Positions 1 to 7,776 are shown, counted from the stretch's first letter. The stretch is 26,284 nucleotides of DNA from a virus (IMGVR_UViG_3300042297_000410:1-26284); one strand, 5' to 3'. The notes: generated by a model not told the origin, from the sequence alone. Numbers and translations: made by a program.

Positions 1-473
1 GAACCGCTACAGCTGGTGAGGTGCTGACCGCTGCGTTTTGGAATACGAATGTACGGGATAACTCGAACGAGCTCGCACCATTCTTCTCTGCGTGGACAAG
101 TTACACGCCCAGTTGGACAAACTTGACCGTTGGGAATGCAGTCGTCACAGCAAAATATTTCCAAATCGGTAAAACTGTTTTTTATTTTGGCTCTATCGTT
201 TGGGGATCAACTACCAGCGCCACATCAAGCACGACTCTAGTTTCCCTGCCTGTCACTGCGATAAGTTCCAATTTTGATCTTGCAAATGGAAGCCTCTTTA
301 TCGGAGACAGTGGCACTCGCGGATATGTTGGAGTGTGTGCACCACAAACAACCACCACGATGATTTTCCATCACAGCGAATCGGGAAACTTTGGAGACGT
401 AAACGCCACCGCTCCATTCACATTTGGAGTAGCCGATTTCCTAAAATGGTCGCTAATCTACCAAGCAGCCTAA
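1..473 (+). CDS. Tail fibre/receptor-binding protein, expressed-orientation cassette A (5'-truncated by window edge)
   Basis: Frame is open from the window start (..TATAGEVLTAAFWNTNVRDN..), resembling the N-terminal 'AGExxTAAxxNxxVRDN' motif of actinophage minor tail proteins. Beta-rich, S/T-rich body (WTSYTPSWTNLTVGNAVVTAKYFQIGKTV). Sits just before the lysis genes. Confidence 0.75.
   Translation, partial: TATAGEVLTAAFWNTNVRDNSNELAPFFSAWTSYTPSWTNLTVGNAVVTAKYFQIGKTVFYFGSIVWGSTTSATSSTTLVSLPVTAISSNFDLANGSLFIGDSGTRGYVGVCAPQTTTTMIFHHSESGNFGDVNATAPFTFGVADFLKWSLIYQAA
13..69 (+). repeat. Left arm of 57-bp inverted repeat (IR-L)
   Basis: ctggtgaggtgctgaccgctgcgttttggaatacgaatgtacgggataactcgaacg equals the reverse complement of 927-983 except position 26 (G vs T, synonymous Leu). 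Confidence 0.97.
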
Positions 474-515
474 CCCGTAGCCTCGTGCTACTTGTAGCGT
501 TGTGTGGGGTTAGGT
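468..515. terminator. Imperfect hairpin between the convergent cassettes, possible bidirectional terminator
   Basis: cctaaccc (469-476) pairs with gggttagg (507-514); inner gtagc/gctac/gtagc alternatives. No clear U-tract. Confidence 0.4.
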
Positions 516-531
516 GAGTGGTGTGTGCTGA

Positions 532-983
532 TTAGATGGTGGAGCCGGCGTCGATGACTGTGATGAACATTTGAGCCGTTTCTGGGTTGGCTGTTACCGT
601 TCCCGTCCCTGTTCGAAACATTCTCAATTTATATGTGATAGATCCGGCTCCTGGAACGTCGTAGTACATTGCGAATAGGGAAACAGATACGGCATTTGTG
701 GTGCTGATGTCTCCGGCTCGTTGCTTGAAATTACCGCCAGCATAAATGTCCATGTTTATGTAATCGCCTGCTACTGACGAAATTGCTGTGCTGTACCCTG
801 TTACTAGATAACGTCTATTAGCTTCGGCTGTAATTGTTAGGGTCATGTCGGTCAGATCAACGATTGATGTAATTGATCCCTGCGAAGTTGTACGAGTTGC
901 TACGGCTATTACGCCTCGCGACAGTGCGTTCGAGTTATCCCGTACATTCGTATTCCAAAACGCAGCGGTAAGCACCTCACCAG
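532..983 (-). CDS. Silent alternative tail-fibre cassette B (start-less, inverted)
   Basis: Begins with the same GEVLTAAFWNTNVRDNSN peptide as cassette A, then an unrelated ~130-aa beta-rich domain. The upstream frame hits TAA at 1021-1023 with no ATG; only the GTG within the repeat could start it. Confidence 0.75.
927..983 (-). repeat. Right arm of 57-bp inverted repeat (IR-R)
   Basis: Reverse complement of 13-69, 56/57 identical. Confidence 0.97.
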
Positions 984-1021
984 TAGGCGTCGAGGGGAAG
1001 CGTCTAGGCCGTTGCGTCGGT

Positions 1022-1027
1022 TATCAT
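1022..1027 (+). promoter_or_regulatory. -10 box of probable leaderless promoter for the lysis module
   Basis: TATCAT followed by 7 nt then ATG at 1035, with no Shine-Dalgarno; typical actinobacterial leaderless geometry. Confidence 0.5.
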
Positions 1028-1034
1028 TCACCGT

Positions 1035-1223
1035 ATGAGTGATGCTGAGATCGACCGGATCTTCCGATCCCTTGACAGGATCGAAGCACGCTTGCTCAAG
1101 CTTGAGGAGCGTGAGGCGATGCGGCGCGGGTCGGATATGACGAAGACGCAACTCGTCGGTATCATCGCTACCATTAGTGCCGTTACGGGTTGCGTTACGG
1201 CTGTCGTGTCGCAACTCATCTAA
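1035..1223 (+). CDS. Small coiled-coil + C-terminal transmembrane protein of the lysis module
   Basis: Heptad-like LDRIEARLLKLEE, hydrophobic C-terminus, position upstream of holin. Confidence 0.7.
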   Translation: MSDAEIDRIFRSLDRIEARLLKLEEREAMRRGSDMTKTQLVGIIATISAVTGCVTAVVSQLI

Positions 1224-1235
1224 GAGGAGGAAAGC

Positions 1236-1412
1236 ATGTCGAACATTAGTCCCAAGGTTACGGCCGCCGCCGTCGCCGCCGCACTCGTCACCATCATCGT
1301 ATGGGGCGCCAGCCTCGCCGGCCTCGACATCCCAGAAGTCGTCCAGGGCGCGCTCATCACGATCATCGTCGCCGCCGCTGGGTACCTCGTCACTGATCCG
1401 CGCCGCTCGTGA
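1236..1412 (+). CDS. Holin (58 aa, two TM segments)
   Basis: Not in ORF track. GAGGAGG RBS; MSNISPKVTAAAVAAALVTIIVWGASLAGLDIPEVVQGALITIIVAAAGYLVTDPRRS; GTGA overlap with endolysin. Confidence 0.8.
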   Translation: MSNISPKVTAAAVAAALVTIIVWGASLAGLDIPEVVQGALITIIVAAAGYLVTDPRRS

Positions 1413-2119
1413 CTCATCGTCAGGCAGCCAAGATCGCCCTCCGCGATTACGCGAAGCAGGCAGGCATCCCAATCCCGAACGGCTTCAACACTTTGGACAC
1501 GTACGGCGCGTCGGCTCGCGAGTTGTGTAAGCGCGTACAGCGCAAGAATCGGATAAAGCAGACCGGTGATCTCACGCCGAAGACGATCCTCGTCATTGGC
1601 AAGTATCTGCCCGGCCAGCTGGGTGAGCGTGCAGCGTGGGCGATGCGCATCATCGAAGGGCCGCTCGAGGTGTGGGGCAATAATCGTGGCCCGTACGTTG
1701 AGGAGATCCAGAAACTCGGCACGCAACTCTCGCCGGGCGCGTGGCGGTGGTGCGCCGCCACTACTAGCTGGGCGTATCGGTGCGCAGGTTGGAAGAGTTG
1801 GGCCGCGTTCTGCAAAGGCATGAACGAAGCCTACGTTCCCGATTGGGTAGCCGCTGCTCAGGCGAAGCGTTACGGGATGAGCATCATCGGTTGGCGCTCG
1901 AGCAAGACTGGGGATGCGATCACGTACCAGTTCGATGATGATCGCGAACAAGACCACATCGGCCTTCTCATCGCCCGGCCGAATCTCGCGACTGGCGTGT
2001 GCCGATCGATCGAAGGCAACACGTCAAGCGGCGAGTACGGATCCCAGTCTGACGGGTCTGGTTTGTGGACGCGGACGCGGAGTGCGAAGCCGCCGCAGAT
2101 CCTGATCCGCATCACGTAG
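1409..2119 (+). CDS. Endolysin: N-terminal peptidoglycan-binding-like domain + CHAP amidase domain
   Basis: CHAP motifs WCAA, DHIG, IEGNT; N-terminal 'YGASARELCKRVQRKNRIKQTGDLTPKT' resembles PG_binding_1. Confidence 0.85.
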   Translation: MTHRQAAKIALRDYAKQAGIPIPNGFNTLDTYGASARELCKRVQRKNRIKQTGDLTPKTILVIGKYLPGQLGERAAWAMRIIEGPLEVWGNNRGPYVEEIQKLGTQLSPGAWRWCAATTSWAYRCAGWKSWAAFCKGMNEAYVPDWVAAAQAKRYGMSIIGWRSSKTGDAITYQFDDDREQDHIGLLIARPNLATGVCRSIEGNTSSGEYGSQSDGSGLWTRTRSAKPPQILIRIT

Positions 2120-2171
2120 GCAGGACTCTGCACACGAGTCGCGTACGATTAGTGACGAACCGGGAGGACGC

Positions 2172-2402
2172 ATGAGTATCAGGGATGACATCATGAAAGA
2201 GAACCAGCCGCGAGTAGTCGAGTGCATGGTCTGCTTCACGCTCCGCGACATGAACGACGCGGACGCGGCTGAGCTAGCCGAGTGCCTGGCAGACTCGACG
2301 ATCAACGCGACAGCCATCGCACGAGTCCTCAACGAACGCGGCTACCCGATCCATGCCGAAGGTAAGCAGATCCGCCGGCATCGTCGAGGCTGCAACTCGT
2401 GA
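2172..2402 (+). CDS. Small putative Zn-binding/HTH-like protein
   Basis: GGAGG RBS; CxxC near N-terminus and HxxxC at C-terminus; coupled to next gene. Confidence 0.65.
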   Translation: MSIRDDIMKENQPRVVECMVCFTLRDMNDADAAELAECLADSTINATAIARVLNERGYPIHAEGKQIRRHRRGCNS

Positions 2403-3418
2403 GTATCCGCAAAGAGGTCGAACAAGCCGAGAAGGACGAGGACCTTGCCAAGACGTGCCAACGCTTGCAGCGACAACTCTCTAAGGCGACTGAGAAGAGT
2501 GCCGACCTCGTGCAAGCCGTGTACCAGGCGGCGCATGACGCTTCTCTAATCAGTGGCGCGCCGATCATTGTCAAGCCGCGGAAGGCATCCACGAGTCGAG
2601 GCCACGAAGAGGTAGCCATCCTCCACCTAACCGATACGCACATCGGCGCCGTCACACCATCATTCAACACGAGCGTCGCCGAGCGTCGCGTGAATGAGAC
2701 GGCAGCGAAGACGCAGAAACTCGTCAGCATCCAACGCAAAGACCACGACATCAACGAGCTCGTGATAATACTCGGCGGCGACTTGATCGAACAAACCGCA
2801 CAGTTCCCTAATCAGGCTTGGGCCGTCGACGCCTCCACGTTCGAGCAACTCTTCAACGCGGCGCGCATCATCGAAGCCGCGATCCTCAACCTAGCCGCCG
2901 ACTTCTCCAAGGTCACCGTGTATTTGACGCCTGGCAATCATGGGCGCGTCGGGCGGGGCAAGGGCCGGCAGAGTCTCGACTACGAGTCGGAGACGAACTG
3001 GGATCGAATCGTCGGCCGCATCATCGGCGAACGCATCGAGAAGCATCCCAGCATCAAGTGGGTCTTTCCCGAATCGTGGTACCAGATCATCACGATCGGC
3101 GCGTATAACGCGCTCGCCCATCATGGCGACACGATCCGTAGCTTCGGTGGGGGAATCCCCGCGTACGGCATCATCAAGAAGCATCAGGCATGGGTCACGT
3201 TCATGGACTTCGAGGATGCTTACGTCGGTCATTTTCATACGCCGATGCAATTGCCAATGGCGAATGGGGGCCGCGTCTTTGTCACGCCTAGCCTCGTCTC
3301 TGATTCGGCATACGCTAAAGAGTTCGTGGCCGCCACGAGCCTGCCAGCGCAACGCCTCCACTTCGTCGACCCGAAGCGTGGACGCGTCACCGCAGAGTAT
3401 CTCCTCTGGCTCGACTAG
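2399..3418 (+). CDS. Calcineurin-like metallophosphoesterase with N-terminal coiled coil
   Basis: Motifs DTH, GGD, GNHG, HGD, GHFH. Confidence 0.85.
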   Translation: MSIRKEVEQAEKDEDLAKTCQRLQRQLSKATEKSADLVQAVYQAAHDASLISGAPIIVKPRKASTSRGHEEVAILHLTDTHIGAVTPSFNTSVAERRVNETAAKTQKLVSIQRKDHDINELVIILGGDLIEQTAQFPNQAWAVDASTFEQLFNAARIIEAAILNLAADFSKVTVYLTPGNHGRVGRGKGRQSLDYESETNWDRIVGRIIGERIEKHPSIKWVFPESWYQIITIGAYNALAHHGDTIRSFGGGIPAYGIIKKHQAWVTFMDFEDAYVGHFHTPMQLPMANGGRVFVTPSLVSDSAYAKEFVAATSLPAQRLHFVDPKRGRVTAEYLLWLD

Positions 3419-3460
3419 CCGCGTTTGTTCTGTCGAATTAGAAACGCGCAAGGGTAACAA

Positions 3461-3880
3461 TTACTCGCCAATAAAGCACGGCTCGGTCGGGTAGTACCCC
3501 TCCACGCGACCACTAACGCCCTGCGAAGATCCGGGCGATCCGAAGCGGCGCCGCCACTCACTCATCGTATAGAGCTCGCCATCCCAATCCGCGTCGGCAG
3601 GATTAGGCGCGCACCTCGACGATCGCTTCGGCGATGCTTCGCGCTGAACTACTCGAGGCTCACGGACGCGAACCTTCGCCGCGTTACAAGCGTCGACGAA
3701 AGCGTCGGCATCTGATCCGAACTCGCGCCGCAACTGGGACGCCTGCTTCGGCGACACACCACGCAAGCCCGTGAGGTACTTGAAGACGTGAAGTTCGCCA
3801 CACTCGAGGACGCGCGCGACCTGCGCTTGCGACCAACCATTCGACTGCATCACGACCCTGGCAGGACTAGGCGCCGGCAC
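3461..3880 (-). CDS. XRE/Cro-like HTH DNA-binding protein (start uncertain: 3880 or 3850)
   Basis: GWSQAQVARVLECGELHVFKYLTGLRGVS fits an XRE-type HTH. Confidence 0.6.
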   Translation of the reverse strand: MPAPSPARVVMQSNGWSQAQVARVLECGELHVFKYLTGLRGVSPKQASQLRREFGSDADAFVDACNAAKVRVREPRVVQREASPKRSSRCAPNPADADWDGELYTMSEWRRRFGSPGSSQGVSGRVEGYYPTEPCFIGE

Positions 3881-4013
3881 GAGACGCCTCCTGCTTCGCT
3901 GCTGCGCGTGCGGCCTTCGCGCTGGCCTTACGAGCGCCACGCTCGACACGCTTCGCAAGATTCGCAGCAATCTTCGCCGCCCCTAGTCGTCCCCTACGCT
4001 TACCGCTCATCAT
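3867..4013 (-). CDS. Small basic Ala/Lys/Arg-rich protein
   Basis: GAGGAG RBS upstream of ATG, downstream of a predicted promoter. Confidence 0.55.
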   Translation of the reverse strand: MMSGKRRGRLGAAKIAANLAKRVERGARKASAKAARAAAKQEASRAGA

Positions 4014-4042
4014 TCTCTCCTCTTGTGGTGGTGTATTGCACG

Positions 4043-4071
4043 AGTCTAGTGGCACGCTCCGCGCCAGACAA
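4043..4071 (-). promoter_or_regulatory. Leftward sigma70-type promoter
   Basis: TTGTCT-17 bp-TAGACT on the minus strand. Confidence 0.6.
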
Positions 4072-4092
4072 GTTGTCGTCGCGGAGCGTGCC
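4051..4092. repeat. Palindrome overlapping the promoter (putative operator or hairpin)
   Basis: Perfect 13-bp arms ggcacgctccgcg / cgcggagcgtgcc with inner gacaa-g-ttgtc. Confidence 0.8.
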
Positions 4093-4145
4093 GAGCGGGG
4101 GAGGGATTCCGCTCCCCCACATTATCGCCGACGAAGCGCCTAGAA

Positions 4146-4376
4146 TTACACGGGCGGCCGGCACTGCGTCTCCGTGGTGGTAGACGCGCCGGCCGCCACC
4201 ACATTCGCAACCGTCTGATGCGACACACCCGCCAGAGCGGCGAGCACACGCAGGGACCAGCCATCCGCGTTCGCCTCGATAATCAACGCGTCACGATGCT
4301 GAGTGGCGGCGCGCAAAGAAACACGCGCCGCATTCACCTCGAGCACGCTACCCCTCAACCTATCTTCGATACTCAC
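4146..4376 (-). CDS. Small HTH DNA-binding protein
   Basis: RDALIIEANADGWSLRVLAALAGVSHQTV HTH pattern; GGAGG RBS; GTGA overlap. Confidence 0.7.
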   Translation of the reverse strand: MSIEDRLRGSVLEVNAARVSLRAATQHRDALIIEANADGWSLRVLAALAGVSHQTVANVVAAGASTTTETQCRPPV

Positions 4377-4600
4377 GACGCCTCCCACGGCATGACTAGG
4401 GCGGCGCCGTCACGCTCGCAATAACGCTGCGCGAGGACGAGATCCGACTTACGAGCTGCAAAGCCAACATCGCCCAAGCGGCACTCGTACACGTAGCGCC
4501 CATCATCCCACCGGACGCGCTCGACAACCCAGTTGGTTCCCTCGAGCGTCCACCACATCAGGCCACTCGCCTCGTAATGACACGTCCAGGTGGTGATCAT
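4373..4600 (-). CDS. Hypothetical protein
   Basis: Coupled by 4-nt overlaps on both sides. Confidence 0.55.
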   Translation of the reverse strand: MITTWTCHYEASGLMWWTLEGTNWVVERVRWDDGRYVYECRLGDVGFAARKSDLVLAQRYCERDGAALVMPWEAS

Positions 4601-4785
4601 CGGGCGCACTCGTCACAATCGAGGCCGTACGAGCGGATGTCGTCAGCGTCGAAGCGTTCCCACGTTTCTAGCGGAGTCTTGTGGTACTGCGCGTCGGGCT
4701 TCTCCGTGATGCTCTTGCGGAGATACTCGCCAGCATGATCGGCGCAAGTGCAGCGCCCGTTGTCGTTGAGGTAGATGGCGCTCAT
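4597..4785 (-). CDS. Hypothetical Cys/His-containing protein
   Basis: GGAGG RBS, ATGA overlap; CxCxxH and CxxC. Confidence 0.65.
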   Translation of the reverse strand: MSAIYLNDNGRCTCADHAGEYLRKSITEKPDAQYHKTPLETWERFDADDIRSYGLDCDECAR

Positions 4786-5066
4786 GCCGCCACCTCCTGA
4801 GAGATGGCGGCGTTCTCGGCAGCGGCGCGGATCATCAGAGATCGCTCCATGAGCACCTCTGGGCCTTCGATTGCCGTGGCGTTACGGAAAGGCCAGAATC
4901 CGAAGCGATCGGAGAGATAATCGTAGGAGTTCCGAGCATCTTCATCAGCTGCGTAAGGCATCTTTGATGCGAGATGCAGAATCTCGGAAGCCGTTACTTC
5001 GCGAATAATTGCCGCGTCTACCCAACGATTGATGCTGGCGTCGTAGATTTTGTCGGTCGTGTTCAT
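4782..5066 (-). CDS. Hypothetical protein, first gene of leftward operon (alternative leaderless start 5096)
   Basis: AAGGAG RBS before ATG 5066; follows strong promoter. Confidence 0.65.
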   Translation of the reverse strand: MNTTDKIYDASINRWVDAAIIREVTASEILHLASKMPYAADEDARNSYDYLSDRFGFWPFRNATAIEGPEVLMERSLMIRAAAENAAISQEVAA

Positions 5067-5102
5067 GGCTGCTTCTCCTTGAGTGGTGGTTGCCATGGAC
5101 AA

Positions 5103-5131
5103 AAGATACGGGCAATCCATCCCCGTGTCAA
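5103..5131 (-). promoter_or_regulatory. Strong leftward early promoter
   Basis: TTGACA-17 bp-TATCTT on the minus strand. Confidence 0.75.
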
Positions 5132-5225
5132 GTGCCTAGACACTATCCGTATTCGGATCCGTCCGGTGCCGTCGTGTATGGTTCGCGATTCCACCAATGC
5201 TCGACACGCCGGGAGGCAAATAGTC

Positions 5226-5672
5226 ATGGCAAACATCATTAGTGCAGACGAGATCCTTGCAGGAGGCGGAGGCTTGTACCTCAACAGTGAGGACAAGGCG
5301 AGCCTGCACACCGAGCAGCGCGCGTTCTACATCACGAGCGCCGTCGCCGAACAGGAGGGACAGTACGGCGTCCAGACCGTGTTCACGATCAAGGAGAAAG
5401 GCAAGGACGAGGCGCGCCTAGCATTCCAGGCCAGCGCAAGTCGGATCGAACAGGCGAAGAAGATCAGCGTCGCCGTTGCTAAGGGCGCCGACGCCATCGG
5501 CCCGTTCTACCTCGGCCGGTGGGAATCCAACGGCCGCTCTGGTTGGCAGCTCACGAACGCGCCGAGCACACCGAGCGTCATCCCGGCCCTCTCCTCGAGC
5601 GCCAACGCGACAACGCCGGCTGCGCCCGTGTCAAGCGTCGCCCCGACCACCGACGACGACATCCCGTTCTGA
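5226..5672 (+). CDS. Putative single-stranded DNA-binding protein
   Basis: GGAGG RBS; low-complexity P/S/T/A linker ending in the acidic SSB tip DDDIPF. Confidence 0.6.
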   Translation: MANIISADEILAGGGGLYLNSEDKASLHTEQRAFYITSAVAEQEGQYGVQTVFTIKEKGKDEARLAFQASASRIEQAKKISVAVAKGADAIGPFYLGRWESNGRSGWQLTNAPSTPSVIPALSSSANATTPAAPVSSVAPTTDDDIPF

Positions 5673-6190
5673 TGACGAGCATCGTCCCATTCGTTCCACA
5701 GGTAAGTGTCTCGCAACTCCTCGGATTCGCGGAGCGTGGCGAAGTCCTCACCGAGGATGGCGAAGTCGTCAAGGTCGACGACGCTGCGAATGATGACCTA
5801 GTCGCGTGGAGTCTCGTTGCCACGTACTTGCGGGATCTTGCCAGGATGATTAGCACTAGCGTCGAGCCCGAGCTAGCGCACCGCATCCATTACATCGGTG
5901 GCCCAATCACGGCGACACACGGGACGGCTAGGGAGTCGATTAGTCGGGCGAGTGTGAGCGGTATTGCTGCTCAGCGGATTCGCGACATCCTCGAGGAGTG
6001 CGCCGCCGATGGCGTCATCCCGTGGGACGCCGTCGATAACATCGCACCACTCGTCCCACACGTCACCCCGATGAAGGTTGCGAACTACGTTGAGACGTGC
6101 CCCGCGGGACTAGCCGACATGCTTGAGAAGCATTTGCCGGAGAAGCGGCGGACCATCAAGGTCGAACGCAACGCGATCGACGCGGCATGA
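5672..6190 (+). CDS. Hypothetical protein (replication/recombination block)
   Basis: TGATG overlap with previous gene, ATGA overlap with next. Confidence 0.65.
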   Translation: MTSIVPFVPQVSVSQLLGFAERGEVLTEDGEVVKVDDAANDDLVAWSLVATYLRDLARMISTSVEPELAHRIHYIGGPITATHGTARESISRASVSGIAAQRIRDILEECAADGVIPWDAVDNIAPLVPHVTPMKVANYVETCPAGLADMLEKHLPEKRRTIKVERNAIDAA

Positions 6191-6747
6191 ACACGGAGGA
6201 GGCTCAGTATCGAGGCATCATCATTGCTATCGATACGAGCCTCCTCCGGACCGCGTACGCCATCACACATAATGCTGACCTCGTCGCATTCAAGACGATC
6301 CATACGAAGGATGGCCTTGAGGATCGCCGCGACGCGTGGAAGACTATTCGCGACGAAGCACGCCGCGTCGAACGCATCACCCATGATCAGGTCGGCGCCA
6401 TCGTCATCGAGGATGCATGGCTAGGCCCTAATCGGCAAGGCAGCCTGAACCACGCCAGATGCATCGGCCACGCCGAAGCGTTCGCCATACAGAGCTTCCC
6501 GTACGCACTCATCGAACGCGTCATGCCGCAATCGTATAGAGCCCTGCTATGTCTCCCCCGCAAGGGCAAAGAACCACTCATGTCGTATGCGCGGACGATT
6601 CTAGACATGGCGCACTCTGATCGGGGATACACGACTCCTAGCGGTTGGAACGAACCACTCGACCAGGACTCGGCCGACGCCATTTGTATTGCATACGCAG
6701 CTCAGAAAGCGTATGCTCGCGCCCTGCAGGACAATCCACCCGCATAG
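6187..6747 (+). CDS. RuvC-like Holliday junction resolvase
   Basis: IIAIDTS, IVIED and DSADAICIA catalytic motifs. Confidence 0.8.
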   Translation: MNTEEAQYRGIIIAIDTSLLRTAYAITHNADLVAFKTIHTKDGLEDRRDAWKTIRDEARRVERITHDQVGAIVIEDAWLGPNRQGSLNHARCIGHAEAFAIQSFPYALIERVMPQSYRALLCLPRKGKEPLMSYARTILDMAHSDRGYTTPSGWNEPLDQDSADAICIAYAAQKAYARALQDNPPA

Positions 6748-6783
6748 CGAAGAATCCCCAGACCACCACCACGGGAGGCTCAG

Positions 6784-7476
6784 ATGAGCACAACAAAGAA
6801 CACCACCCGCACCGACGAGTGCAACGAGTGGGAATGGACACCCGAACAAGTCGAACGACGCAACGCGCGAGACAGAATCCTCGCCCGCGAAGTCGGCATC
6901 GAAATCGGCCGGCGCCGCGAAGCCGTCAAGAATGAGAAGCGATACGCGAAGAGCTTCACACGTGGCCTCTTCACCGGTATCCTTCTGATCATTATCATCT
7001 ACCTCATCGGCCTCGCAGGCGCTGATTACGCCAACGCGAAGACGATACGTATCGGGTCGGGTGACGCATCCCAGCGCGTCACATACAAGCCGCACCTTGC
7101 AAACCTGCCGCCCGGATACAAGGTCTACCTTGAAATCTGCAAGCGTGAGCAGCCCGCGAAGGGCTGGGGATGGGGAGCCGTCGCATGGAAACAGAAACAC
7201 AATCACTCATTTCCGGGTGGATGCGGACTGACCACGGCTAACTATCTCGAGGTCCGGCACTACTCGTGGCCCTACTCGGCACACCTACTCACCCCACGCG
7301 ATCAGCTGTGGGCATCCTTCTGGCTCTACTGGAAGTACGCACGCATCGGCCAAGCCATGCTCGGCTCGTACGAATCAGGCCAACGCTACGGCAGCACCGT
7401 CTGGGACGTCCACGACCAACCCGGCCTCAACTTTTACGGCTTCGCATCCGACGGCCAGACACTGGCAAACCGATGA
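6784..7476 (+). CDS. Membrane-anchored protein with Rpf-like/transglycosylase domain
   Basis: GGAGG RBS; TM segment LFTGILLIIIIYLIGLAG; ICKREQP..W..FPGGCGL..SAHLLTPRDQ parallels the Rpf pattern CES..W..YGGLQF..A..A...EQ. Confidence 0.55.
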   Translation: MSTTKNTTRTDECNEWEWTPEQVERRNARDRILAREVGIEIGRRREAVKNEKRYAKSFTRGLFTGILLIIIIYLIGLAGADYANAKTIRIGSGDASQRVTYKPHLANLPPGYKVYLEICKREQPAKGWGWGAVAWKQKHNHSFPGGCGLTTANYLEVRHYSWPYSAHLLTPRDQLWASFWLYWKYARIGQAMLGSYESGQRYGSTVWDVHDQPGLNFYGFASDGQTLANR

Positions 7477-7513
7477 GTACCAAGCCGCATACCGATGAGA
7501 AGACGAGGCAGAC

Positions 7514-7618
7514 ATGACCGCCGACGGACTACTGAACCTCCTCGTCTGGGGCCTCGTCACACTCGCCGGCATCGTCCTCATCCTCGAATACATTCGTGAG
7601 CGCGGCGGCAAGCCGTGA
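7514..7618 (+). CDS. Small single-TM protein (34 aa)
   Basis: GAGG RBS; MTADGLLNLLVWGLVTLAGIVLILEYIRERGGKP; not in ORF track. Confidence 0.55.
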   Translation: MTADGLLNLLVWGLVTLAGIVLILEYIRERGGKP

Positions 7619-7776
7619 ACGCGGAAGCGTGGCGCATCATGCGCGCCCTCGTCCAGGCACGACGAGAATGCGACACGGAACTAGCCAACCGGCGCGGCTA
7701 CAATGGGCGCCTATACTGGGCCGCCCGCAGACGCAGCCTCACCGACGCACTCCTAATCGTCCGAGGCCGAGCATGA
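7615..7776 (+). CDS. Hypothetical protein (53 aa)
   Basis: GTGA and ATGA overlaps; not in ORF track. Confidence 0.5.
   Translation: MNAEAWRIMRALVQARRECDTELANRRGYNGRLYWAARRRSLTDALLIVRGRA

Noticed and set aside
1-1000. Diversity-generating retroelement (TR/VR pair) as the explanation for the duplicated peptide
   Set aside because: The repeat is inverted, only 57 bp and N-terminal, with one synonymous mismatch; no reverse transcriptase is in the window.
909-1957. Long minus-strand ORFs (909-1472, 1220-1957) considered as a possible invertase
   Set aside because: No serine or tyrosine recombinase motifs; they are antisense shadows of the lysis genes in GC-rich DNA.
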